A stretch of 64,000 nt of DNA. It comes from Octopus vulgaris (taxonomy: Eukaryota). Where the stretch lies: positions 38,440,001-38,504,000 of the forward strand of contig OX597836.1 in the NCBI GenBank assembly GCA_951406725.2, written 5' to 3'. Shown here piece by piece: positions 24,211-38,543 of this stretch. A program made the translations under genes and the position numbers. The stretch's first letter is position 1; every line of letters begins with the position of its first letter. Under the pieces are notes generated by a model. It worked only from the letters and a program-made list of their open reading frames with translations. It did no database searches and was not told where the DNA came from.

Positions 24211-25398
24211 AAGACACCTTACAAAGCAGGATGTTCCCTGCATCAGCTGTTGCCTAGAGATCACCTTCTGGCAATAGTGCAACTGCTTCCAGCAGTACCA
24301 AGAAGCTGCAATGCAACCAGGAACATCTGAGTTCACAATAGCTCTCTTATCCACACAGCCACCCCACTACACCGAGTTCAGCTGCAGGCATTCTATTCAT
24401 TCTATTCATGCAGCAACTGCTTTGTTTTACCACTCACTGAGGATTTGTTCATTGCTCTCAGTTTTTAGTTCCTCTCTCACATGCTTCTTCCATATTCTAC
24501 GATGAAGCATTCTCCAGTTCCTTCTGCAGTTTGTGAATCACTGTTACATTAAAAATCAATAAAATACGTTATGTATTTTCTCTTTATAATTTTGCTGTTT
24601 TACACCCTTTTTTACCAAGTCATATGGATAGAACAGCTTATTCACTTGAGCAGTTGCTTTTACAGATCAAGTAGTATTTCAGTTCCTTATACTCACAACC
24701 ATTGTTACTTAGATTTTAGAACAATAAAAAACAACATTTTGCTTAATAATAATAATACTTGTTTCCAATTTTGGCACAAGGCCTGCAAATTTAGAAGGGA
24801 AGGGTTGGTTGCTTACATCAACCCTTATTTTCAACTGTAACTTATTTTATTGACCTAAAAAAGGATGAAAGGCATGGTCAGACTCAATGACATTTGAATT
24901 CAGAATGTAAAGAGCCCAAAATAACTGCAGTTAAGCATTTGTTGTCAGCTTGCCACCTTAGTACAGGCACAAATACTGCAAGATATTTTATCCACCAGCC
25001 TCACCAATTTAATAAGAATAAAGAACAATTCTTTAATTATTAACAATGAGTCTCAAAAGGAATTCATCTACTAATAATAGCTTATAATTCAAGGTTAAAA
25101 AATATCTTGAATAGATGGGAAAAATGACAAAAAGTTGGCTGCATATTATCCTCACAGCTTTTGTAACCCAATTTTCTGTATCCAAGAGTTTTTTTAAAAC
25201 TAATTTATTCTCAACTATTTTTTGTTTTTGTTTTTTACATCAGACTTCACTTCAAGACACATTATTAATAAAGACTCATTCATATATTTCTCAATGCCTT
25301 TACAATTAAATTCCAAATGTAAAACAATATTTCCTTAGGCAGAAAGTCATAAACCATACACAAGTATTTTTTATTAATTCTTTTATTAATTCTTTATA

Positions 25399-26740
25399 GG
25401 CATAGGAGTGGGTGTGTGGTAAGTAGCTTGCTTACGAACTACATGGTTCCGGGTTCAGTCCCACTGCGTGGAACCTTGGGCAAGTGTCTTCTACTATAGC
25501 CTTGAGCCGACCAAAGCCTTGTGAGTGGATTTGGTAGACAGAAACTGAAAGAAGCCCATCGTATATATCATCATCATCATCATCATCATCGTTTAACGTC
25601 CGTTTTCCGCGCTAGCACGTTGGACGGTTTCGACCGGGGTCTGGGGAGCTCGGGACTGCCCCACGCTCCAGTCTAGTCTGGCAGTGTTTCTACAGCTGGA
25701 TGCCCTTCCTAACGCCAACCACTCCGCGAGTGTAGTGGGTGTTTTTTACGTGCCACCTGCACAGGTGCCAGAGGGGTCTGGCATCGGCCACGTTCGGATG
25801 GTGCTTTTTATGTGGGGGGGGCAGAAATATATAGGGGAGCACCAGTGGGGAGGGGTGGTTCAGAGAAATGATGACAGGTTCTAGGCAAGTAGAATGTAGG
25901 ATATCAAGAGAGGGGTAATGCATGGTGAAATAGCGTATTGAAGAGGGGGATTCGAAGAGTAGACACCTATAATGGTGGTGGGAGAAGCGACATCCGGTAT
26001 AGATGGAGCAAAAATATAGAGATATCCGGTATTGGTGGTGGGGGTGGGCAAGGGCGGGTGCACCGGGAATATACGAAGGTTGAACTGACGGGCTGGCTTA
26101 GAAATGCTCTTAGCAATGGAAGGGGGGGGAATGGCAGACAACGTGAGAAAGGGAGAGAGAGAGATAGATAGAGAAGAACAGTAGAACCCCGCGAAAATGG
26201 GCCGCCATTGAAAAAAAACCCCTGTATGGAGAAATAATATGCAATACGAGGCGAAGCTGAAAATAGTAATAATAATAATTATAATAATAATAAGCAAACT
26301 GTCGACCAGGGGATCAAAGGGACAATACTAGTACTAATAATAGTAATAATAATAATAACTAATAAACAAACAAAACAGCTCAACCACAACATTAGATTAG
26401 AAAGACTCTTATCTTGGAAACATTTCGTTCTTCGGCCTGACACGGGAATATACAAAGGTTGAACTGACGGGCTGGCTTAGAAATGCTCTTAGCAATGGAA
26501 ATATATATATATATATATATGTGTGTGTATATATTTGTGTGTCTGTCCCCCCCAGCATCGCTTGACAACTGATGCTGGTGTGTTTACGTCCCCGTAACTT
26601 AGCGGTTCGGCAAAAGAGACCAATAGAATAAGTACTAGGCTTACAAAGAATAAGTCTTGGGGCCGATTTGCTCGACTAAAGGCAATGCTCCAGCATGGCC
26701 ACAGAGTCAAATGACTGAAACAAGTAAAAGAGTAAAAAGA
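25399..26740 (+). mobile_element. SINE A split at its microsatellite by SINE C (25569-25812, -) and a PLE-like insert (25813-26500, -)
   Basis: Head 25399-25568 and tail 26501-26740; internal 58-bp direct repeat 26064-26121/26443-26500. Confidence 0.75.
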
Positions 26741-27299
26741 GTGCTTGATTATTTAATTAAATTTCCCCCCCCCCCCCCCAGTATGTAACAGGTACATATG
26801 TAATCAACGCTCAAGGGATGAAACACAAATTTGAAACTAAAATTTCTGAATGTAAAGCCATAACTAAACAGCACAAGACATAACGGCTACAGCTTCACTG
26901 ATTTTGCCAGTTACGGCTATTATTAGTACGATTAGGAATATATTGATAAAGAAAATTGTCTCTCCAAGACGACAATGAAGAGCACATCGAAGTGTATAGA
27001 AGAATACAGTTCTATAACAATAGAGGAACATATGAGTAAGCTCATCTCCTTGGTTACAAGAGCTTAAATATTGTCTGAAATATAAACACAATATTCTCCT
27101 GTGACAGTTATTGAATCAGGATGTCTTGTTATGAATGATGAACATTCCAATTCTTGATTCTCCTACGTCTAGCTTTGATATTCTGCAGTCATGGCTTTAC
27201 ATACAGATATGATATATATATATATATATATGTAATTATTTTTACATTCATTTTTGCGTGTTTGTATAAACTGGATGAGTCTTCTTTCATACAATGTCT

Positions 27300-28330
27300 C
27301 ATCATTTATTACATTTCTCTGTCACTTCCTTCTGTCTCTTAACATCAACTTTCACTACTTCTTTTCTTTGTCTTCTGCACTTTCCCTCTGCTCGGTTCAC
27401 TTGGTGCATCTTTACCCGACTATCATCATCCATGCTCATCATGTATCCACACAAGTGCCATCTTAAGACATGAGTACACCGGGTAGTTATGTAGGGCTCT
27501 AACAGGTATAGGCGGCGAGCTGGCAGAAACGTTAGCACGCCGGGCAAAATGCTTAGCGGTATTTCATCTGCCGCTACGTTCTGAGTTCAAATTCTGCCAA
27601 GGTCAACTTTGCCTTTCATCCTTTCGGGGTCGATCAAATAAGTACCAGTTACGCACTGGGGTTGATATAATCGACTTAATCTGTTTGTCTGTCCTTGTTT
27701 GTCTCCTCTGTGTTTTGCCCTTTGTGGGTAGTAAAGAAATAGGTATTTCGTCTGCCTTTACATTCTGAGTTCAAATTCTGCCGAGGTCGACTTTGCCTTT
27801 CATTCTTTCAGGGTCGATCAAATGATGTAATCAACTTAATCCGTTTGTCTGTCCTTGTTTGTCCCCTCTGTGTTTAGCCCCTTGTGGGTAGTAAACAAAT
27901 AGGTATAGGGACTCAATTCTAATCTATCTATGCTGTGGCTTACTCAATAAGTAAATACTATAAGGTCTAGTGCCTTGATTTGCCCTGGGGCCAATAATGC
28001 TGCTTAAAACATCCTGATCCATACCAGTGCGGTCTTTTCTACTGACACGCAATTTTTCTTTCAGCTCATTTGTGCTTTGTCATTTATGCATTCTGTCATT
28101 ACACATCCAACGGAGCATGCTTATTTCATTTCTTTCATGCCTTTACACATCCTTTGTGTTCAATGCCCATGTTCTATTATTCATATAGCAACTCACTCTG
28201 CATACAATCATCATTCGATCAGCCCTTTACTGAAATTGCTAGCAGAGCTAATGGCTTCCTAAAACTTTTCAACACAGTTTTTACTCTGGTTACTATATGC
28301 TTAGAACATCTCCCTTTCACAACTAATTAG
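27300..28330 (-). mobile_element. RTE-clade LINE fragment interrupted by a SINE B dimer (27510-27905)
   Basis: MLRWMCN..STNELKEKL, then LRWHLCGYMMSMDDDSRVK..EGKCRR..EVVKVDV. Confidence 0.65.
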
Positions 28331-28512
28331 ATCATCTGGAAATGAATTACTTTTAATGAATTTATTAGTGGGTGCATGGTGCTTCTATTGCTTACTCTTA
28401 CACAACTGCAATATGAAAAAAAAAACCCCTCTTCTGTCAGCCTACCTGTGATCAAACTGCATTTCTTATGCATTTCCAGTGCACATTACATTCTGATTAC
28501 ATTCTCATTCTC

Positions 28513-28864
28513 TTTACTCTTTTACTTGTTTCAGTCATTTGACTGCGGCCATGCTGGAGCACCGGCCTAATCGAGCAACTCAGTACTTATTCTATCGGCC
28601 TCCTTTGCCGAACCGCTAAGTAGTGGGGACATAAACACACCAGCATCGGTTGTCAAGCAATGCTAGGGGGACAAACACAGACACACACACGCATATATAT
28701 ATACATATACATATATATGACGGGCTTCTTTCAGTTTCCGTCTACCAAATCCACTCACAAGGCTTTGGTTGGCCCGAGGCTATAGTAGAAGACGCCCAAG
28801 GGAACTGAACCCGGAACCATGTTGTTGGTAAACAAGCTACTTACCACACAGTCACTCCTGCGCC
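28513..28864 (-). mobile_element. SINE family A
   Basis: Near full length with small internal deletions. Confidence 0.8.
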
Positions 28865-29117
28865 TATTCCTTATTTTAATTTTTGATTTTTATCTTTAAT
28901 TTGATTATTGTTATTATCATCATCATTATTATTATAGGCAGCGAGCTAGCAGAATCATTAGCATGCCACGCAAAATGCTTAGCAGTATTTCATCTGTCAT
29001 TACGGTTCTGAGTTCAAATTCTGCTGAGGTCAACTTTGCCTTTCATCCTTTCAGGGTTGTTAAATTAAGTATCAGTGAAACACTGGGCTCAATGTAATTG
29101 ACTACTTCCCCCAACTT

Positions 29118-29157
<40 letters not shown>

Positions 29158-29179
29158 TTTATTCTCTTATTATTTTCTG

Positions 29180-29830
29180 TTACTTGTTTCAGTTGTTTGA
29201 CTGTGGTCATGCTGGAGCACTACCTTAAAGGATTTTTTAGTCAAAGAAATTGACCCCAAGACTTATTTTTTGTAAGCCTAGTACTTATTCTATCAGTCTC
29301 CTTTGCTGAACTGCTAAGTCACAGGGATGTAAACATACCAACATCGGTTGTCAAGCAGTGGTCGAGGTACAAACACACACAAACACATAAATATATATGT
29401 AAATGAAAATTGTATTAAATACTACAAAACATACATGCAGGACAGACACAAGGACCCTAATCCTTCCTCAGTTATCGACCAAAAATACTAATACCCAGTT
29501 TCGTGCCTTTAATGATAAGACAGGGAACTTTGTATATTGGTGGGACCCACAAGATTTGTGTAGAATTAGGGCTCAAGCAAACAGAACAATACAGGGTGCA
29601 CATACCAAAGTAAACAAATGTAATTTGAAACGATAAATGAAGACAATGAATAAAGCCTTTCTGTCAATATGTCAGTTTCTTTCAGTTTCCATCTACCAAA
29701 CCCATTCACAAGGCTCTGGTCAGCCCAAAGCTATAGTAGAAGACATTTGCCCAAGGTGCCACACAGTGGGACTGAACCTAGAACCATGCGGTTGGGAAGC
29801 AAAGATCTTACCACACAGCCACACCTGTAC
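29180..29830 (-). mobile_element. SINE A split by an unknown insert of about 270 bp at its microsatellite (29401-29670)
   Basis: Tail 29180-29400 and head 29670-29830. Confidence 0.7.
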
Positions 29831-30300
29831 ATACAGTGAAAGAGAGACAGAGAGTGTGTATGTATATATTGAATGAGAAGATACTATCCACATATATGCA
29901 TACACACACAAATAGATCCCGGGGGTAATTGTTCAGCCAATCAAACAACTCAAAGCATTAAAGCTGAATGATTTTATCAAAACAATGAGTCTATCTAAAG
30001 TTATTTTGTCTTATTCAAGAACATGTCAAATAAATATATATTCAAATTAGGAATCATCTCAAAGGGCCGAAAATGTAAGCAAGTGATAATATGGAGTAGC
30101 AAATGACAAATAATTGTATCATTTTATATGTATTTTATTCCACAAAAACAATAAACTGTTTGACTAGAATCAATACAATGTATGTAAACCAAACACTACA
30201 TGTACAAGCAAATATGTAACTCCCATTTGAGAATAAGAAGTACGTCTTAATGTAAATTTAAATAATATTTAAGAACAGCTAGCATTAAATGTGTCCCTTG

Positions 30301-30344
<44 letters not shown>

Positions 30345-30582
30345 GTCAGTTTCTATATTGCTGCTGCTGATCAAAGAGACCTATGATCAAAGACATTCAA
30401 ACTGAAATTACCCAGTCTTCTTTCGTTAGAATAATCTATCTTGGACTACATAATTCGATGTGCACTTACAGGCATGGCTGTGTGGTTAGGAAGTTTGCGT
30501 CTCAACCACATGGTTCTTTGTTCAATCTCATTGTGCAGCACCTTGGACAAGTGTTTTTTTTTTTTTTTTTATCTTCCACTAT

Positions 30583-30753
30583 AGGAGTGGGAGTGGCACA
30601 GTGTGGTAAGTAGCTTGCTTACGAACCACATGGTTCTGGGTTCAGTCCCACTGCGTGGCACCTTGGGCAAGTGTCATCTACTGTAGCCTCGGGCTGACCA
30701 AGCCTTGTGAGTGGATTTGGTAGACGGAAACTGAAAGAAGCCCGTCATATATA

Positions 30754-30843
<90 letters not shown>

Positions 30844-31036
30844 TGTGTTTGTCCCCCCAGCATCGCTTGACAACCGATGCTGGTGTGTTTACATCCCGTA
30901 ACTTAGCAGTTTGGCAAAATAGACAGATAGAATAAGTACTAGGCTTACAAAGAATTAGTCCTGGGGTCGATTCGTTCGACTAAAGGCAGTGATCCAGCAT
31001 GGCCACAGTCAAATGACTGAAACAAGTAAAAGAGTA
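30583..31036 (+). mobile_element. SINE A nested in an older SINE A head, itself inside a family F copy
   Basis: Older head pieces 30470-30582 and 31037-31100; family F pieces 30360-30465 and 31110-31177. Confidence 0.7.
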
Positions 31037-32133
31037 TAGTTCCAGGCCAACCAAAACCTTGTAAATGCATTCAGTAGACAGAAAGCGAAAGAACCCCCAT
31101 ATTTGCGATACATAAATTTGGTGCTGCTATTTCTAGCAGGTTGAGAAACCATGTAAGGTGCTCCCTCATTAGCTCATGGTTCTATACTTGTGTGTGTGTG
31201 GGGGGGGTTGCGTGTATGTCAATGCTAAAAAAATATATATGTATCTATGGAAGAGGAAGCAGCACACTATGGTATTCCATACAGTGTTTTACGAAGCAAA
31301 AAAATGTAGGCGACCATAAGTGAAGACGAGAATGAGAAGAAAACGCATATTGTCATAATTGTTAGAGAAATTTCAATGTCTTTTTATGAGAGCAGAATCT
31401 GCTGCTGCTACCAATCCAAACACATCTGCACATGAATTCTACCAAATCAGTATCTTCTTACAACAACTGACATCATTTTAGAAAATCAATTGATACGTAA
31501 CATAACTGAACTTCTGTTGCAGTTGCTATGAATAGTTGCTAAAGAAGATAGAAAATCCAGGAGTAATTCACAGAAATTATGAGGTTCAACTCAGTGGATT
31601 TATGAATGTCTTTCAATGTCTTTCAGTGTTGTTTTATCTATTTGTTAATTTTCTTAGAAAGTTTATTTATTTATGTATTTATTGATAATTGATTTTATTT
31701 CTCTAAAATTCCCTACGTTTTTTTTCTTTTTTTTCTTTTTTTTTCTTTAACTCTTCATATTTATGAATTCTGACCAGAAACTTCATGAATAGGTTTTGTT
31801 TCTGATCAGAAATGTTCTTTTTTTCTTTCTTTCTTAAATAAGAAAAGAATCCTCAATCAATAATAATAATGATGGTGATGATTGGTGAGGATGATGATGA
31901 TCATCATTATCCCCATCATCATCAAGCTATACATGGATAAATGGAATAAAAATGTGTTAGTAAAATGGTTGTTGATGAGAGCAGCCAGTCATCCAGCTGT
32001 TGATAGTCGTATTGAGGTAGTTGAACAAAAACGAAGGAGTTGCCCCCCAAAAACAGCACGCTTCATATGTAATGCTTCATTGTCTTCTCTAATGTGGTCT
32101 ATTATGGAGTGTGTGTGTGTGTGTGAGTGATAT

Positions 32134-32531
32134 TTAACCCTCTCATTACCAACCCAGCTGAAACCAGCTCTGGCTTTGTAATACAAATGTTTTGTTTTCA
32201 TAAGTTTTGAATTAAAATCTTCCACCAAACCTTAGTCACAATTTATGTTCCTAACACTAGCTTAATGATAATGAAGTTATTTTACTAAATTTTTTGTTAT
32301 ATTTAACCCTTTTGATACCAACCTGGCTGAAACCGGCTCTGGTTTTGTAATACAAATGTCTTTTTTTCATAAGTTTCGAATTAAAATCTTCCACCAAACC
32401 TTAGTCACAATTTATGTTCCTAACACTAGCTTAATGATAACTAAATTATTTTACTAAATTCTTTGTTACATTTAAAACAATTGAAAGAAACACAGAGCAT
32501 CTCAAAATAAATACAGTAACGAAAGGGTTAA
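32134..32531. mobile_element. Composite piggyBac-type MITE (partial copy 32134-32302 + full copy 32303-32531)
   Basis: TTAA-CCC starts at 32134 and 32303, single AAAGGG-TTAA end at 32531; the shared portions are highly similar. Confidence 0.75.
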
Positions 32532-33134
32532 GGCACATTCCACAGATTTTTGTCATTTATTTTACGTATGATACACAGAGTGGTTGAGATGGCAGTCACA
32601 AAAAGAGACAGACCAAATTGCTCGGACAAGTGTACTGTGTTTATTTAACCAGTCATTGTTTAGCACCAGAGTAACCCTGATCTTGCTTAATATATGACCA
32701 AAAGTACTCCAGCTCTGGACTTTCATCGTTTTCTTGGCCATCATGTATTCAATATTACATTTACCCAATGGAGGTTTAGGTGTCATTATCTTTAATAGAA
32801 TAGGGTTTAGTTAGAAAATTTAGCTGTTATTACTAGCAGGTTGAATAAACTATATAGCAGTTGTCCTTCTTGGCTTGTATCTAACCCATTAAATGAATGT
32901 AGTGTGAAACTCTCTCTTGACAAAGAAACAGTTAATCAGAAATGGAGGGGCAGCATCCAGAACATTTTCAGGTTTCTTTGCTATCAAAGCAGATGAAAGT
33001 GAAATAATTTCAAAAACTTCTTTTCAAAACAAAATATATTCCATAATAACTGCTATTTTGGTATGATATTATATATTTTACAAATTAAGTGTTTATTATT
33101 CAGTATTTAAAAGCTTCTAAAACTGCAATAAATC

Positions 33135-33350
33135 TACATCAAAAACCTGTGGTGACAAATCTATGCCATAAACCTATGAGATAAACCTACATCGTAAACA
33201 TGAGACAAACATGTCTCATAAACCAATGTTACAAACGAACATCATAAATACCATCATAATCATTTAATGTCCATTTAGTGATGTGGGAAACCTACAACAT
33301 AAACCTATGACATGGTATGTGACAGACCTATACCACAAAACTATAGTATA
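33135..33350. repeat. Degenerate ~13-bp tandem repeat (aaacctatgacat-like)
   Basis: Recurrent aaaccta/aaacat units spaced 11-13 bp apart. Confidence 0.5.
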
Positions 33351-33617
33351 TACTAAACTTGTGTAATATGTTGACTTCACATCTTGAAATTTAGAGTTTA
33401 ATATATTAGACATCAGTTTCATTTCAATGTAGTTTCTGTTTTATATAACAACAGAATAGAAACGACAGATTCAGGATCAATTCATTGAGGTACTGTAAGA
33501 AGTAGAGATGATATATGCATTAATTCACCAAGACATTCTACAGAACAGACAAGGAGTATTCTTTATCAGTGAGATCCTCTTTTCATGAGCAAATTGTTGT
33601 TGAACAATAACATGCAT

Positions 33618-33950
33618 ATCATCATTATCATCATCGTTTAACGTCTGTTTTCCATGCTAGAATGGGTTGGACAGTTCGACCGGGGTCTGGGAAGCCAGGA
33701 GGCTGCACCAGGCTCCAGTCTGATCTGGCAGTGTTTCTACAGCGGGATGCCCTTCCTAACACCAACCACTCTGTGAGTATAGTGGGTGCTTTTTACATGC
33801 CAGGCAAGGCTGGCAACGGCCACAATCAGTTGGTGCTTTTTACGTGCCACCAGCACGGAGGCCAGTCGAGGTGGCGCTGGCAACGGCCACGTTTGGATGA
33901 ATCTTTTTGCGTGCCATTGGCACTGGTATCACAACTACAATTTCCATTGA
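33618..33950 (-). mobile_element. SINE family C
   Basis: (CAT)n followed by family C body. Confidence 0.8.
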
Positions 33951-35271
33951 AATATACTTATCTATCTTTTATGTTTTATTTGTTTCAGTAATTTGACTGT
34001 GGCCATGCTGGGGCACTGCCTTGAAGAACTTTTAATTGAATGAATCAGTCTCAGTACTAGTTTTTTTAAAACCTAGTACTGATTTTATCAGTCTGTCTTG
34101 TTGAACTAAGCTATGTCTATGAATGTAATTTAATTTACTGAAAGCTAAAACAAAAATGTATTTGAATATTATTTGCATATTAAAAGACATGAAAGAGGAT
34201 ATCAGCTGTCAGAAAATGTTTAGTCATTTTAATAATTCTAATTGTTTTTAATTCAGGCTCAAGGCCAACTATTTTGAAAGGAGGAGATCAACTTCAGTAC
34301 TAGACTGATACATTATTTTATCAACTCCCAGGAGGCTGACAAGGCAAAGTTGATTAATGCAGGATTTGAACACAGACTGCAAAAAGCTGAAACATACACA
34401 CACATACATCATACTGGCAGCAATTCACATGAGTCATAGAGAATATAGTTTCTTACATGTCTGTGCTATATCTAATAATATTTAGCTAAATGCTAAGCTT
34501 ACCATTTATATAGTTATATGTAAAGACTGAAAAGTTGACATTTGACAAGCATAATATATATATTTCAACAATAGCTAGTACTGCTGCCAAGATGTAATGT
34601 AACCATCTGATACTAGCAGAGGAAAAAAAGGAAACAACAACAAAAAATATTAGATGGAGACAAAGTACAATTCTCACCAAAACTTTACTTACAATTTCTC
34701 TGGAAGCTAATTCTATGTTGAAATTACTTTTTTAATGCTATTGCTTTCAGTAACAAAATTGTATACAATAATTATTGTATTACTTTTGCATCGTTTACTG
34801 AATAAATCATTTTAATCAATCTATTATTCTATTAGTGCCTTAACACTATAATGCTCACAGTTAATAATTCTTGATGCTTCAAATGATTCTCTTTTAAAAA
34901 GGAAGAAATCGGCAAAATTGAAAGCTTGAATAAACTCGAAGGATTCTTTACGTCTGAATAACAAAGCAATTATGATATCTGGTGATTGTTGTAGGATTAT
35001 TAACATTTGAATTGTGTTTGTGTGTGTGTGTGTATGTGTGTGTGTAAGCATGACTGTGATTAAGAAGTTTGTTTCCAGCCAGGTGTTTGGCTCAGGTCCA
35101 CTATTTGGCAACTTGGGCAACTGTCTTCTACTTTCACCTCAGGCCAATCAAAAATTTGCTCTCTCACTCTCTCTCTCTCTCTATTTATATACATTTGTAT
35201 GAGAGAGAGAGAGAGAGAGAGGAAGTGAAAGAGAGAGGGAGGAAGCAAAAGAGAGAGAGAGAGAGGAAGCA

Positions 35272-35302
<31 letters not shown>

Positions 35303-35333
35303 GCGATAGAGAGAGAAAGATAGCGATAGAGAT

Positions 35334-35560
35334 AGGCGACAAGCTGGCAGAAACGTTAGCACGCTGGGCGAAATGCTATGCGGTATTTCGTCTGCTGTTA
35401 CGTTCTGAGTTCAAATTCTGCCGAGGTAGACTTTGCTTTTCATCCTTTCGGGATTGATAAATTAAGTACCAGTTATGCACTGGAGTCGATGTAATCGACT
35501 TAATCCGTTTGCCCTTGTTTGTCCCCTCTGTGTTTAGCCCCTTTTGGGTAGTAAAGAAAT
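35334..35560 (+). mobile_element. SINE family B within a (GA)n tract
   Basis: Family B head and tail ggtagtaaagaaatag. Confidence 0.8.
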
Positions 35561-36197
35561 AGATAGATAGAGAGACAGAGAGAGAGGAAGCGATAGATCG
35601 TGAGTGTTTGTGTGTGTTTGTATTTCCCTTCATCTTCCCATGTGTTCACAGATTGCACACAACAGCCTCACCAACAGTGTCAAATGCTTATAGATCACCA
35701 TGAAAGCACATCTGGTCTTCTTAACATATTGTGTGGTGTTTGTTAATAAAAGGCTTGTTGCTTTGTTTTCAGCTTTCCATGTAACCCCTCCACCTGGAAA
35801 CAAGCAGGGGTTGGCATCTGGAAAGGTACCCAGCTATAGAAAACTCTTTCCCCCCAACATGCCCTCATCTGATTCATGCAAGTATAGAGAAGCAAATGTT
35901 AAAACCATGATGATGATGATTTTGATATGCATGCAAGTATGTGTGTGTGTGTGTGTACAAACATGCATATGTGAATCAGAAAATTGAACTTGTTGCATCC
36001 AACCCATCTGACCTTGAAACTAAATGAAAAAGAGCAATACTTAATTTTTTTATCTCTTGATTGAATAACTTTTATATCTGCAAGTGCAGGCATGGCAGCA
36101 TGGTTAAAAAGTTTACTCCTTAACCACATGGTTCCGTGTTCAGTGCTGCTACATGGCACCTTGGGCAAGTGTCTTCCACTATAGCCCTGGGCTGACT

Positions 36198-36571
36198 TTT
36201 AAAGCCTAGTACTTATTCTATCAGTCTCTTTTGCCAAAACCGCTAGGTGACGGGGACGTAAACACACCAGCATCGGTTGTCAAGCAATGCTAAGGGGACA
36301 AACACAGACACACAAACATATACACGCACACATACATACATATATATATATATCTATATATATATATACTAACAGAGACACACAAACATATACACGCACA
36401 CATATATGCGATGGGATTCTTTCAGTTTCCGTCTACCAAATCAACTCACAAGGCTTTGGTCGGCCCGAGGCTATAGTAGAGGACACTTGCTGAAGGTGCC
36501 ACGCAGTGGGACTGAACCCGGAACCATGTGGTTGGTAAGCAAGCTACTTACCACACAGCCACTCCTGCACC
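36198..36571 (-). mobile_element. SINE family A
   Basis: Head plus duplicated microsatellite segment. Confidence 0.8.
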
Positions 36572-37789
36572 TATGAACAATCATTGATTTATTCAGAAAT
36601 TAGAGATTGGTTATGGCAAACAAGCTTATCCAAATTTCAGAATTTTATACGCTGTAGGCTGACGGATAAAAAAATTAAAAGTTCAACTGTCCCATCAGAC
36701 ACAAGTAGGTATGATTTGGTAGTTTGTAACACTATGTGATAGCTTCACATTGTTTTAGCTTTTGGGTGATGTCACCCAACATTACCAAATATGGCATATA
36801 ACTAAAGAAAGTTTAGGGTAAAGTGGCTGAAAAACTGTTAAGTTTTACTACTGATGCTAAAGAAACAGATATATTTTGGATTACCCTTCTATGTATCAAA
36901 TTTAGTGTTTTATATCATTTTTTAAGCTAAAAGCTTTCTAAAACATTTAAATCATATTGTTATAATAAATAAAATATTAATCTTTATGATATTTATAACC
37001 ATATTATTAATAAACTTGAAAATATTTATTGGAAGTTATTTTAACTCATATTTTGTTGATTAAATGTAATTTTTTTTCATATATGTATAATAATTTTAAA
37101 ATGAATTGAGGAAAATCTATAATTTCAAAGAAATAATGAAAATAGCTTGTATAATCTGAATTTAAATCTTAAATAAGAAATAAAAATATTTCAATGTAAG
37201 TTAATTGAAGGTAAAGTTTTGAAAACTGGTTTCCTAACAACTTCAAATAACTAAATAATGATTTCTGCAATCCAAAACAAATTTATATTTTAAAGATTAA
37301 AATCTAGAATTGAATGAAACTAGCCATTAAGCAAAACTATTTTTTTTTTTTTTTGAAATTATTTAAATCATAGTTTGGGTAATTGAATTTTTTTAGAAAT
37401 GTCTTTTCTCTTCACTAGCAAGTGGAGATTAAAATCCAAACTTAACTTCAATATTAACCAGTTCAATGTTACCATTTTTTATTTATACAAAGGGTTATAT
37501 TTCAAGTACCTTTTTAATATTAGACAAACAGACAGACAGATAGATAGACAGACAGATAATAATTCTATTCACACGTAGGTTGCATTTTATGAATATAAAT
37601 TAATCCCACTACCTGAGTGGTTCTATATTTTATCAACCTGGCAAAGATGACCTTAGCAAGATTTGAACTGAGAATGTTGGCCATTATAAACAAATACCTC
37701 ATGATATCATCATCAATCCTTGGACATTACTTTCTTTAGTCCTAGGACTCATAGGGACTGTTGTCCTGTTTCTGTGGTATATAAGTACA

Positions 37790-37990
37790 CAAATAGAAAT
37801 GGGCTGGCCAACAGATGGACAATCAGGGTGATGGAATGGAAACCAACACAATGGACAAGACCAAAGAGAAGACGAGGAAATCTCAACTGCTACCTGGAGC
37901 CTACATGTCCATGACTGACCAGAGACAGACAGCAGTGAAAGGAGTCCTGGGGTGGGGGTGAATCGCTCTTTCATGAGTGATGAAGTCCTG
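37790..37990 (+). mobile_element. RTE-clade LINE 3' fragment
   Basis: KWAG..NRWTIRVMEWKPTQWTRPKRRR matches the RTE C-terminal RWT..V.EW.P..KR.RGRP motif. Confidence 0.65.
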
Positions 37991-38543
37991 GATAAGGATG
38001 AGGAAGGATAAATGACCGAGACCTCACATTCCTCTTGAAATGTTTTGCTCAAGAACACAATACACTGCCTATCCCAGGAATCAAACCTACAATCTTGATC
38101 AGTGATCAGCAAACAATTTGTTCACTGAATGTGTAAACAAAGCCAGCAGCTTTGTCTAGACTCTGGATTCCGCTTACATCTGGTTGATGAGACATAACAC
38201 GTCAAGACACAGGTGTCCCAGAATGCCATGCACCAAGGAACTGAGTGTGTTGAACACACTATCATCATAAAAAGCCATAGCCTGATAGATAAAGATGTTG
38301 ATTAAAGCAGTGGAGTTACCTAGAGACTCTGAGTTTCAATCCCAGGCAAGGCACTAAGGTAATTCACAAAAAATCAGCTCAAATAAAATAAAAAGATGTC
38401 ACGAAACACAGAGAACAGTGTACCCTCAGGGATCAAATGAAAAGCTAGGTTTGAAATTCTGATTCAACAACAGAGTTCAATACAAGATGCAGTGAATGCA
38501 ACAATCAAGATGGAGATGCCAGTCTTAGTAATATAAACAGTAT

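Noticed and set aside
31120-31145. ctgctagaaatagcag as group I intron P/Q elements or a twister ribozyme
   Set aside because: No correctly placed R/P7/P3 elements and no consistent twister P1/P4; the HDV-like order fits better.
31987-32110. Possible minus-strand exon (DHIREDNEALHMKRAVFGGQ...)
   Set aside because: Short, no recognisable family and no clear splice support.
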